Source: Octopus vulgaris (Eukaryota). Taken from it: a stretch of DNA of 64,000 nt. A program made the position numbers and the translations under genes. The notes under the pieces are model-generated. The model was not told the origin of the DNA. It searched no databases and saw only the letters and a program-made list of their open reading frames with translations. Shown one piece after another: positions 20,481 to 32,645 of the stretch. The number at the start of each line of letters is the position of its first letter. Within the stretch, counting starts at the first letter, position 1. The stretch spans positions 215,202,001 to 215,266,000 of the forward strand of contig OX597815.1 of NCBI GenBank assembly GCA_951406725.2, written 5' to 3'.

Positions 20481-21121
20481 AGAGATAGAGACAGAGAGAG
20501 AGAAAGAGATAGAGAGAGAGAGAGGGGTATACAACATGATAAAATAGGAAAAGAGAGAGAAATGTTGTTTTTCCAAAAAATTCAGGATGTTATTTCAGCA
20601 TCAATGTGGGTCACTCCAAGCTGTCTATGGGAGAAATATCTTCAAATATAAACTCACAGGGTGTGTGATGACGCATCCTCTTCATACCAGCATGAGAAAA
20701 TATTAGATGACGATGATGACGACGACGACGATGATGATGCTGATGAAACGTGCATAAACATACGGCGCAGCTTTTATGTTCCTCCTGTCCAAATCTCTAT
20801 ATTTACAGATCGATAAACTCCGTGTGAAGGCATGTAATGTATTTATACCCAGACATCTCAGAATTAAAGACTAACCCCTCACTGTACCGTTTCATTCGTG
20901 AGGGACCCAACTCAAAAGTGCCCCCCTACAATCTGATTTGGGTTCCCCTACAAAATCTTCTGCTTCTAGATTAACAGAACTCGAAGCTTCATTCCCAAAT
21001 TTCTTATAAATACTTGTTACATTATTTGAAAGAAGCCTTTCTTTTGTGCTCACGCCTCCGCTTTATACATTCCTTGTTTTATCAGAGGAAACAACGTGCA
21101 ACGTTTCTCATTTGTGTAGGT

Positions 21122-21280
21122 GAAGGCGTGGCTCTGTCGTAAGAAGCTTGCTTCCCAACCACATGGTTCCGGGTTCAGTCCCACTGCGTGGTACCTTGGG
21201 AAAGTGTCTTTTACTATAGCCTCGGGCCGATCAAAGACTTGTGAGTGGATTCGGTAGACGGAAACTGAAAGAAGCCCGTC

Positions 21281-21364
<84 letters not shown>

Positions 21365-21592
21365 TTATGTGTGTGTCTGTTTGTCCCCTCGCCATCGCTT
21401 AAAAACCGAAGTTGGTGCGTTTTAGTCACCGTAACTAACTTAGCAGTTCGGTAAAACAAACGATAGAGTAAGCACTAGGCTTACAAAGAATAAGTCCTGG
21501 GGTCGATTTCTTCGACTAACACACTTTAAGGTGGTGTTCCAGCATGGCCGCAGTCAAATGACTGAAAAAAGTAAAAGAGTAAACGAATAAAA
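21122..21592 (+). mobile_element. SINE family B, near full length, internal (TA)n
   Basis: tRNA-like head (GGTTCAGTCCC), CCTTGGGAAAGTGTCTT central domain, LINE-like 3' tail GGTGGTGTTCCAGCATGGCCGC. Confidence 0.8.
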
Positions 21593-21699
21593 TAATATAT
21601 GAAATGTTCAGCTTCCTTTAGTTGCTGTTTTGCACCTCACAAAGACGGATCAATATAATCGGTCTGATCAGGAATAAACATCAATTCGATTTCTTGACT

Positions 21700-22720
21700 A
21701 AGGACCTTCCAATTTCAAGACGAATTATTACGTGAAATGTACGTTGGCAAAAAACGGAATGCTTTATAAGACGATTGAGCTGGCGTGTTCATTGTTTTGA
21801 AAGCGGAGTGCCTGGGTGATATAAAGATGAAAAAATGTGACTTCAGAATATGATACCAACTGAATAACAAATAGATGTTGGGAAAGTGAAAGAATGTGTT
21901 TTAAATATCTTAAAAAAGATTAATGTTTCATCAGATGCCAAATAGCTTCCAATGTAAGATGAACGAACAATTCATATATTGACACAAATCATATCAGTTA
22001 CATGTTTCCTACGATAAAATAAAGAATATACATAGTTAAGGGGTTTGTATATATAAAAGGGCTTCCTTTATTTATAAGAAATCTAGAAATGGAGCTTATA
22101 TATCTATTAATCTAGAAACCAAAGTGTTTGCAACAAAACTACAAATAGATAGACTATCTGGCACTCACGATCCTCTTTTCCAACGGTGAAGGACCATAAA
22201 GTAAACTTAGAGAATAAACCTTAGTGTAGATTGCTTAACCCAGCAAAGACTGAGTTAGCTGTGGTGTGGAAAGAAATATTAGAAAGAACCATTTTTGGAG
22301 AAAAGATAGGTTCCTTATTAAGAGTAGAAGAAAAACTGCCCTCCGCACAAACCATTGAAGGGATTGATCATGTCAGAAGTTAGGCATGGAGGAGCGATTA
22401 ATTTATGACATCCCACTTTGAAAGCTATCTCCATGCAATTCAAAATCAAGACATCTCCGCCAACTATCTACAGAATAGAAGGCAAAACACACTGACACAC
22501 AACAAATGTAGGCCGTACAAAAGCAAGACTGAACAGATCAACCACATTATTGTCATTTGCGGTACATCTTTTCTTATTTCGCTTAGGAATAGCAATACTA
22601 CTAACCCGATCTTACAACATAATATACATATGCTTCAGAGAAAAGCGCCATTAAAGTGGGGGGAGTAACCAGTGTTGATATAAGTTACAATGGGAAAAAG
22701 TAATTATCTGATGAAATCCA
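21700..22720 (+). pseudogene. Highly degenerate RLE-type LINE fragment
   Basis: ORF 22405 ESYLHAIQNQD...KCRPY...EQINHIIVIC matches the EGFIxAAQDQ/CCHC region of the R4-like elements in this window; 5' boundary uncertain. Confidence 0.55.
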
Positions 22721-22744
22721 TAAATCCATTTGATTTCAGCCACT

Positions 22745-22927
22745 CCTGCGCCTCACACATTTTTTCTCCCCTTGTTTCTCTCCTTGTTTTTTTTTCTGTG
22801 TCCCTTTCTGTAGAAGAGCGTAGGCTCGAAACGTAAAAGACTTTTTTTTATTCCTAAGCGTTATACTAATACATCTGTTTGTTTTCAACACCACCTGTCT
22901 TCGTCTTTTGTTTTTTTCGTAAACTCT

Positions 22928-22931
<4 letters not shown>
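22745..22931 (+). mobile_element. PLE pseudo-LTR fragment with degenerate minimal hammerhead (22799-22842)
   Basis: CTGTAGA-A-GAGC gtag GCTC-GAAA-CG-TA, flanked by CTTT/AAAG; ends in (TA)n. Confidence 0.55.
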
Positions 22932-22999
<68 letters not shown>

Positions 23000-23001
<2 letters not shown>

Positions 23002-23266
23002 TTCGGGGTTCAGTTATATTGCTTGCCACTTTGGCCAAATGACTTCTACTATAGCCTCGGGCTGACCAAAGCCTTGTTTGTGTGTCTGTGTTTGTCCTCT
23101 CATCATCGCTTGGCAACCGCTGTTGGTGTGTTTGCGTCCCCGTAAATTAGCGGTTCCACTAAAGGAACCGATAGAATAAGTACTGCACTAGAAAAGAATA
23201 AATTCTGGTGTCGATTTGTTTCACAAAAAGACACCGCTCCATCATGGCCGCGGTCAAGTAAAAGAG
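23000..23266 (+). mobile_element. SINE family B, internally deleted
   Basis: Homologous to 21165-21590. Confidence 0.7.
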
Positions 23267-24122
23267 TATACATACATACATATGTGTGTATGTATACATA
23301 CACACATACATACATACATATACATACATACATACATACATGCATACATATATACATATATGTGTATATATATATGTGTGTGTGGGGGTGTGTGTGGAAA
23401 AAAAGCTGTATCTTCTTATTCACACAATTCGTTTCACAATTCTACATCTTACTCATTGGATATTACAAAATTACTTTATTTTTAATTTTTAAAAAACCTT
23501 ATTTTTTTCTCATATGTTCACACTGTCTGTCTGTCTATCTGTCTGTCTGTCTGTCTCTCTGTTTCCCCACGTATTTCTAAACATAACCTGTATACCGTAA
23601 CCCTTAAACCTAACCAATACCTACAACTTAAACCCTAACCTAAAAACTCAAACGCATGGCCTCTCTTTTAAACCCATCTCTCGTTCTAAATCCCTTATAA
23701 AAGAATTTTTCTTGATACGTTTGTCAACTGCTGTTTCTTTAGGTTTAGCCATATCAAATGTCCCTTCGTTTGTCCTGTTCCCCTAAACTTTATTAAAATA
23801 AGTTTCAAATGCAGTTGATTATGGAACCTCTAAACGGGAGAATACAAGGTGAGATGATGAATGAGATGAGAGGGTTATAATGCCTTTCCAGATATATAAA
23901 AATCCCGTAAATGAAATAAAGAATTGTTTTCAAATATGAACAGGCTGAAATTAAGCCTGTGTGCTGTAAAGCACATTGAAATTGCATAATTACAACTAAT
24001 TAGAAGTAATTAAAGATATAATTACTATGTTTATGTTGTATCCTCAATTTGTCTAAACTGGGAAATTTGGGATGTATTTTATAAATACCAAGAATTTATA
24101 ACTTGCTCCTTTCCTCCCTCTT

Positions 24123-24161
<39 letters not shown>

Positions 24162-24528
24162 ATGCACAAACCTATACCCATAGGTGTACACACACACACA
24201 CACACACACATGCATGCATACAGTTTGAGCCGGTAGAACCGTTACTGGTAAAAATGAAAGTGTTTAGCAGCAATACTTCCAAATTGAGGTTCTGAGTTCG
24301 AATGTCGCCTGGGTTGCTGCTACATGTCATCGTTTCGCTCGATAAAATAAATACTTATTAAGCACGAGGGTTGATATAATCCACTTAAATCCTGACTTGA
24401 AATTGCTGATCGAGTGCCAAAGTTTAAAACCGATGTGTGTGTGTGTGTGTATGTGTGTGTGTATGTGTGTGTATGTGTGTGTGTGTATGTGTGTGTGTGC
24501 GTATGTGTGTGTGTATTTGTATGTGTGT

Positions 24529-24592
<64 letters not shown>

Positions 24593-24632
24593 CATTATGA
24601 ATACCGTTATATTATGTATGTCTGTGTTTGTT

Positions 24633-25345
24633 CGGTTTGCAAAAAACTTTCTAGCATTTTGTAAGTAAAATTTTTTAATAGTCTTTAGATTACCGTGCAT
24701 AGCTTTACTCAAACCAAATATTTCCCATTTTGTTCCACTATCTTTCGCCATCTTTGAGGCAGCTTCATGACCCTGTCCTTCCAGAACTTGGTATCTTTCT
24801 GGGTCATTAACTTGTCTAAGTGGCTTCTACACTCTTTTAAACAATCAAAGTTCTTCCCATTAAGAGAATTCTGCAAGGATCCCAATAAATGATAATCCGA
24901 AGGTGCAAGGTCAGGTTAGTACGGTGTGGGGGGGTAAGACATCCGACCCAAGCTGCACCAATTTCTGCCGAGTCTGCAAAGAAATGTACAGTCTAGCGTT
25001 GTCCTTTCGGTAAGTCAGTTCTGGACGTTTTTCATAAATTACATCCTTTAATTGATGAAATCGGGGACAATAATAGTTTGAATTTTAATGACTGATTTCA
25101 TGGAAGTAGCTCATAATAAACAATGCCCTTCCAGGCTCAGCAGATACAGGACATCACCTTCTACGGATACAGACCAGCTTTTGGAGAGATAGAAGACGGC
25201 TCATATCGTTTTCGCCAGGAGCTTTTCCATTTTATGTTGTAAATAATCACACGTGATCATTTGTTTCAAAAATGGATAATCTTTGTTTCGTCTGATTAGT
25301 GAATTGCACATCGATATGCGCTCTATTAATTTTTTTCCATTAAGT
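24633..25345 (-). pseudogene. Mariner transposase remnant
   Basis: Minus strand ~24880-24930 encodes PY*PDLAPSDYHLF (mariner YSPDLAPSD motif), preceded by a DNARxH-like motif. Confidence 0.8.
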
Positions 25346-25669
25346 TATGAAGCATCGAAAAGTATACACAACCTTATCGATACCATGCGCATATATCATT
25401 ATGTATATTTATAAGGGGAATCAGTGCCAACCATCACGCTCCTCTACATACTTCTGTCCCCGTGCATTAGGTTTCCACTGTGCCAGAGTCGACCTTGTTC
25501 AGTGCCTCATCTTATTACACCCACCTTTGTAAGTGTTGGTCTGATGTCCGTTTTCTCACCACGCAGCACCACCGGTTATGCACAGTCATATCACAGAGAA
25601 ACAAACCGGACAGACAGACAAACAATCATACATGCAGTCAAGCAGAAATTAAAACTTAAGCCATCAAGT

Positions 25670-25935
25670 TAAAAACAGAACCGGACAGATGTTGTGTAGG
25701 ACCACAAGGAAAATATATGTTAGGTTATCGAAATCAGCTGACCCCTCGACACCAATGTGGTTAGAAAAATGTAAGAAAAAGAGGACGTTTATTGACCATT
25801 GATAAGGAATTTGCAAGGCCATTACCCAAAATACACTTTCCAGCTGCAAACCTGTTATTATTGTAGCAACAGAATATATACAGACCCGCTTGGAGCAAAG
25901 TATGTCCAAATATGGAATATTGGGGAAAGAATAGA
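25670..25935 (+). pseudogene. Degenerate RLE endonuclease fragment
   Basis: Frameshifted DVV*DHKENIC*VIEIS*PLDTNV...LQGHYPKYTF...PVIIVA; possibly the continuation of 21700-22720. Confidence 0.5.
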
Positions 25936-26254
25936 AATCTTTCATCCAAACTCTACAAGTGATCACGATATCTGGGACTAAAACCAGTTGGATGAAATGT
26001 CACTAAGTATTTTCGACTATCGTGACAATCATTCTGCCAGATCACTGCATTTTCACAGGCATCCGCTTCGATAAATAGATATAAAGATATCTAAATGCAT
26101 GGAAGTACAATAGACTCATATGTGATAGCAAATATATTCCAAATTGAAAGCTTGTCTCTCTCTTTCTTCATATCTCTATCTTCCTATGCCTGTCTGTCTC
26201 TGTTTCCCCCTCTCTCTCTCTCTCTATCTATCTGTCCATCTATCTGTCTATTTA

Positions 26255-26302
<48 letters not shown>

Positions 26303-26303
<1 letters not shown>

Positions 26304-26420
26304 CAACAATCAAGGAACGGCCATAATAGGCCATTCACCCACTAGAAATAACAGCCAAAGCTTCAACCGCAAATAAAGATTAATTCCGTAAACCAGGAGA
26401 AAATTTTAAAAACATTTACC

Positions 26421-26424
<4 letters not shown>
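26303..26424 (+). repeat. Isolated ~120-bp piece of the 490-bp unit, within (TA)n
   Basis: Matches ~296-417 with a few substitutions. Confidence 0.9.
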
Positions 26425-26474
<50 letters not shown>

Positions 26475-26515
26475 TTGTATATTTAAAGGGCAAAAACCAC
26501 TAAGTGGTCAGCCGT

Positions 26516-26550
<35 letters not shown>

Positions 26551-26551
<1 letters not shown>

Positions 26552-27240
26552 GTAGTGGATCTTGCAAGCATGAAGTGGATTCGATCCACCACTGTCAAAT
26601 TTAAATTAAAACTGCAGCAGAACTTTTCCAACGATGGAACAATGGTTTTTCTCTAACAGCAGTTTTTACATTTTCCAGATGCCCTTTAGTTCGGTCGAAA
26701 TAATACCTTCTCCCTTGACCCTTCCTAACCTATTCTACATCACCAAAACCTAGAATAGAAATAACAAGACCACCAACTAAATCTATTGTTCTCAATGGTA
26801 TGTCTATCATTCTGCAAAAATACCCCAAGCAAAAATCAGTTAGTCACAGTCGGTGACGACTCAATGAGGTCTGGCTGACCAGCCTTGGTCAGAGGGAGAA
26901 ATGAAGTTTACTGTCAGCAACTGTGAGACAACGTCCCATACCTACACATCTCACCAGCTCTAATTCTCTTCTCTTACAACATCATTCTGTCGCTATCTGT
27001 GGATTACTACTAACTATTCGTATACGCTAAACTATGTAAAGAAACATTCTACCCCATCAAACTTTACTTCGCATGCTTTTTGATCTATTATAACCGGTCC
27101 ATCGAGGCAAGGTACTGTAACGTAACGGTAAATAAAGATTTCCTTAAAACTTCATGCATTGTTCATCTTTAACATCCTTCAGTATGCGATTAGAACAACA
27201 AATTTTTAATCGTTGCATCTGCTGACTCCGACATTTTCAT
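26551..27240 (+). mobile_element. Possible solo LTR
   Basis: Starts TGTAGTGG, has AATAAA at ~27131 and candidate CA ends at ~27200-27240; no TSD found. Confidence 0.3.
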
Positions 27241-27294
27241 AATAGTGTTTACCAATCAATCTTACCTGGTACAATTTATTTTTAATAGGCCACA

Positions 27295-27502
27295 AGTAGC
27301 TAAACACAGAGAGGACAAACAAGGACAGACAAACGGATTAAGTCATTTACATCGACCCCAGTGCGTAACTGGTACTTAATTTATCGACCCCGAAGGGATG
27401 AAGAGCAAAGTCGACCTCGGCGGAATTTGAACTCAGAACGTAACGGCAGATGAAATACAGCTAGGCATTTCGCCGGGCGTTCTAACGATTCTGCCAGCTC
27501 GC
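27295..27502 (-). mobile_element. SINE family A
   Basis: Reverse complement of 1-160 plus the head. Confidence 0.85.
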
Positions 27503-27514
27503 GCTATATATTGT

Positions 27515-27765
27515 AGTTTCAGCTCAGAGCTGCGCCCATGCTGTGGCACAGTCGTTTAGCTACACTGTTATTACTGAGAGCCTCCTCTAGTATATGGCAC
27601 TTGTTGAAGAATGGAGTTTGATGTCTCTGCCCTCATTTGCACCTCTTGACGCGAGGTAGGTTCATCTGGGAATCTCTAGAGGAAGTGGTCTAGTTTTGAT
27701 TTGAGAACACCTACATCTACTTTGTGCAGCTTCCTCAGGCTCTTTGGGAGAATATTAAAAATCTG
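27515..27765 (-). pseudogene. CR1-group LINE 3' fragment
   Basis: Homologous to 1890-2120 (GAGGTAGGTTCATCTGGGA). Confidence 0.75.
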
Positions 27766-27940
27766 CGAAACGCTTAGCAGTATTTCCAGTATTTCGTCTG
27801 TTTTCACGTTCTGAGTTCAAATTCCGCCGAAGTCGACTTTGCATTTCGGTGTCGATAAATTAAGTACCAGTTGCGTACTAGGATCGATCTAAACCTAACC
27901 CTTCCCAAATTTTCGGCCTTGTGCCTAGAGTAGAAAAGAA
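27766..27940 (+). mobile_element. SINE family A
   Basis: GTTCTGAGTTCAAATTCCGCCGAAGTCGACTTTGC. Confidence 0.8.
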
Positions 27941-28292
27941 AAGAGTATTGATTTCTCTCTAATTACCAGATGACGACATAAAAACGATTATATAAAAGTG
28001 TGGATTTGTAAAGGAGAAACAGGTGAATAATAATTGAAAAGTGGGTTTGTCGTTTATAGAGAGAGAGATTAAGAGACTAAACGGTGTTGGCGGTGGAGAG
28101 AATTTGAAGTTATGCATATGATATGTGGGCCATGCGTTTTATTATTTAAAGCATTGAGTTGTGGCGACGCTGGGGCTTAGCTTAATCAAGCATATAAACA
28201 CCAAAATTTTTTTAAAAGTCATATACGTATTTCTACTCTAATTAGTCAATAATTACTAATTCATAGCATGTTTTTATAATGGAAATGATTTG

Positions 28293-28360
<68 letters not shown>

Positions 28361-28830
28361 TATGTACATACAAATGCTCTTATTTTCACATTTATGTTTA
28401 TTTCCTCAAACCATTATATAACTATATGTATGTGTCCAGCATTTTTATAAGAAGTAATAGAAAGGTTGAACTAAAATATCTGAGGAAATTTAAAAGAAGA
28501 AAATTATGCCTAATTATATCTGATGGAGTTATATATTTGAAGGAAAATGTTTAATTTCTAAGTCAATTTTACAGGAATGAAAAAAAACTTTGTTTTATTC
28601 ATATACTTTTATGCAATGTCGACAATAAATCTCTGCCTTCATCTAAAAAACGGAAATATTTTACATGATGTTTCAATTTTATGTGTATTAATGACAAGTG
28701 ACAATTAATATCCTTGGATGCAGTAAATATGCGTTCATTTATCTTGCTTATTATATAGAAACACCATTATTATCATTTACAGAGTTGTAAAAACGGCACC
28801 GTATAACAGAACCATTCGCACCGAAATATA

Positions 28831-28894
<64 letters not shown>

Positions 28895-28998
28895 TCTTTG
28901 TATGTATGTATGTATATATATATATATATACATACTTATATATTTATATATATACACATTTTTATATATATATATATATAAATATCTTTGTATGTATG

Positions 28999-29033
<35 letters not shown>

Positions 29034-29298
29034 ACAACAATAAATTTGGACTAAATTCTATTTAATCTAAAAAAAGTCACTCTTCGGGTCTACAATAATC
29101 TCAATAATAATAATAATGATAATAATAATAGTAATAATAATAATAATGATATCATCAACGTATGTATCTAAACTTAAAATTAAATCTCAAACAACTATAT
29201 AATAGTAAGTGTTTCAATAATAAATAATCTAAAAGTATTTAACAACATTACTTAAAATAAAATTACAAAGGTCTACAATAATCATAAGAATAATAAAT

Positions 29299-29359
<61 letters not shown>

Positions 29360-29635
29360 TAATAATGCTACTACTCTACTACTACTAATAGTAATAATAA
29401 TAATAATGATATCATCAATGTATGTATCTAAAGTAAAATAAAATATCAAACAACTATATAATAATACGTGTTTTACCAATAAATAATCTAAATTATTTAC
29501 CAACATTATTTAAAATAAAAACAAACTTATCGAAGGAATTCTGTTACTCCAAAATTTCAAACGTAATATGAAGAACTTAGCGTTTATAAGAAATTATACA
29601 TTAATCCCTATGTATTCCCTAATATTATCATTATA

Positions 29636-29698
<63 letters not shown>

Positions 29699-29739
29699 AG
29701 AATGATAATATTAGGGAATACATAGGGACACATATATAT

Positions 29740-29987
29740 AAACGATTGCAGCGTGGAAGGTGTGTGTAAGCCATTTAAGAAACACACAATATCCGTTCGA
29801 TTCACTTCAACATTTAAGTTTAATTTGTCAAAATATTTTCGTCGCTAGAATCCGCGACCTGTTCACTGACAAAAATCCGTGCTGTGTTTCTTAAATGGCT
29901 TACAAACACCTTCCATGCTGCAATTGTTTTCGTTCCAGCACACGATCTCAGATCAAATCACTTGCTATGCGAGTACATCTCCGTAAT
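29740..29987 (-). mobile_element. PLE pseudo-LTR fragment with a ~47-bp inverted repeat and a variant hammerhead
   Basis: 29740-29787 is inverted at 29883-29929; HHR-like fold at 29824-29873; (TA)n flanks. Confidence 0.6.
29824..29873 (-). ncRNA. Minimal type I hammerhead ribozyme variant (G3-C8)
   Basis: Minus strand: TTTGTCA GTGAACA G GTCGC ggattcta GCGAC GAAA ATAT TT TGACAAA; 7-bp stem I, 5-bp stem II, palindromic stem III region. Confidence 0.6.
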
Positions 29988-29996
29988 ATATATATG

Positions 29997-30034
<38 letters not shown>

Positions 30035-30038
30035 CATA

Positions 30039-30066
30039 CTAGCAGCTAAGCCCGGTTTCACCCGGT
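30039..30066 (-). mobile_element. Helitron-like 3' terminus
   Basis: Minus strand hairpin CCGGGTGAAACCGGG, ~8 nt, then CTAG|T; extent of the element body not defined. Confidence 0.55.
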
Positions 30067-32379
30067 CTGTTTGGATGATGTGGCTGTGTTCGTTTTCCTG
30101 TTAGGCATAATCTATTACAACCTTTCTCAACTTTTTATCATTTCAGGTCCCCTGTTCCAATTGGAGCCTCCGGCTGTAGGAACATTTCCTGACATCCCCA
30201 CCATTGTCAGAAAGCAGCTTCAGGAGTTATGAAGAACGAATTTGTACGTAGTCTGTTTCTGAGAGCTATTCTATTGGACCTCTGTCTAATCATTAAAACA
30301 TTGATTTAATTATGAACATAGAAAGAAATTATACATTAATCCCTGTTTTTGTAAGCAGTTGGATCCATAAAAATTATATTTTTATAAATAAATTGAAAGA
30401 AGATATATGAAATGGACGTGTGTGTGTATGTGTGTATGTGTGCGCGTGCCTGTGTGTGAGAGATTTTGGCTATTTTCTTGCTGAAAATTTTCCTAGTTTG
30501 AAAGAAACGAGTTTCAGGTTCAAATTAAGGCTACACATATCTTATTTCTAACTTCACGGTGTACATTTCTATTGCATTTATTGTTGTTAGGTGTTTGAAA
30601 TCAATAATTGTAGTTTTGTTGTGATGCATTCTTCCCTTTAAATGTTCTTCTCAATTTCTGATATTTTTCGTTTTCAGAATTTATCTTAAGTTAGCTGGTT
30701 TGTTGGGATCCGATGATACAGTTCGCTCTTGGCTATTTTCTCTTCACATTTTATTCTAGTATATCCTATTTTCATTTCGTGGTCATAAAATATAGTTGCA
30801 AAATAAAAACAAATTTCTCTTGTGTCCATTTTATGTATTTTCTGTTTCTTGCTAGGACTGAGGAGTTCAGTTTGATAATTTCTTTTTAAATTATCATCTT
30901 TGAGTGTTTTAATTTCTTTTCTTGGTGAGTTTTGCAAGCGTGATTTTTCATAATTTTTTAATGAAAAAAATCCTCGTGTGCATTCCCCGATTAAGAAAAA
31001 AATTTGGCGGATTGATACATTTTTACCCAGATTCTTTGACTTATTTTAAGTTCGGTGGTGGGTGACAGAGTGATGCGGTTTTGATATAGACCGTGATCTG
31101 ATGGGCGTATCTATATGGGATCAGAGAGCTTTGGACACTGCAAGCATTTAAAACATTATTTTTAAGTAGTAAATGGCAATACATTTTACAGAGGTTTACT
31201 GCTGCTGTTAACTTTCAACAATTCGACAAGTTGTTTTCTGTTTTATTTGTTGCTTTTGGATAAATTTTTAAGCAATGATTAAACTTTCTTACATGGTAAA
31301 CATCCCTAGTGTTCTTATTGCTGTTGATGTTGCTGTAGTTAGCAGTAGTGGTACTAGTAAATATTGTGTTTGTTGTATGTAATTTTCATATCTAATATTA
31401 CGGCCTGTATGCCGGTTCGCATTATCAACGAACGGCGTTACACTGAAGACTGAAAAGTCCTGCAGCACAAACAGGAAATGTGTTGAAGCTATGGTAGACA
31501 ATATCTTTACATGCATTAAATGGACCAATGGCATTTCCTGTGTTGGTTGTTGCGTCGGAAACTTATGTAACGAGAATGATTTCATTGGTAAGGGTTATCT
31601 ATTGCCTAATATAACACCACCACCAGATTTATCACAAATTAATAGTTAATAAGAACATTGTATTGTAGTTAATATAAAGGAAGATATTTTGATGCGTGTA
31701 TACGTGTGTGCATGTGTGTATATGTGTGTATGCACCTGCGGCAGTGCACACACAGATACACACTCACATATATATATTTATGTGTGTGTGTGTGTGTACG
31801 CGTGTATATATTTTTGGGTTTTTCATTCGTTTTAGGTCCATTATCCACACATGCACTTATATTAATGAAATATTTTGAAGCCAACATTTTTTCTGGATTA
31901 GAATGAAATTGAAGACGGCTGGTATTTACATAAAGGATGCTTAGCTACATGCATACAAGACACTAACTGTTCCGTTCCTTTGTTCCAACTATAACAATCT
32001 GAAACAAAATTCTTAATTTTTCGCTCGAAGGTCATACTGCATCTACTATTTGAAGCCCCTGTTCCTATACGATTGCCAGTCTATCTATATAAACCACGAC
32101 AAAAGCGGGGCGCGTTTTCTATATGTGCAGACAAATGAATGTCTATGTTTATAATATCTGTGTTTTAATGATAGTTCCGTTGCCCAATTTATATTTTAGC
32201 TTCATCTCCACAGTATAATTCAACCTTGACACTAAATGCAATTAGCTTTGCCAGAAAGCTACCATCTAGGCAGCAGTTCTCACAAATTTTGAGGCTGCAG
32301 GTTATTTTGCAGCCAGCACTTTCCATCTTTCTCCCATTCAGCTCCGCACCATTACAACCTTGGATATAACTTTAGAAAA

Positions 32380-32410
<31 letters not shown>

Positions 32411-32452
32411 GAATAAATGAAAGAATGGAGTCGAACGAAGATGTTAACAAAA

Positions 32453-32552
32453 TTCCTTTACTCTCGGCACATGTTTCGAAGACAGCATATTTTAATTCCG
32501 AAGGAATAAAGGGTGCATTATGCAATCTTCTCATCAGGAAAGAAAAGGAGCC
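32453..32552 (-). ncRNA. Hammerhead ribozyme copy with GUC changed to GCC
   Basis: Reverse-complement copy of 34776-34873; reads GAAACATGTGCC. Confidence 0.7.
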
Positions 32553-32645
32553 TCTCTCAACAACAAGACGAACAAAAATTTCGATGATTGCCTACATGGT
32601 AACCAAAGCGATAATGAGTGTTTTATTAAGAAATTATACATTAAT

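Noticed and set aside
23590-23650. CCCTAA-like telomeric repeats
   Set aside because: Only scattered imperfect hexamers, not an array.
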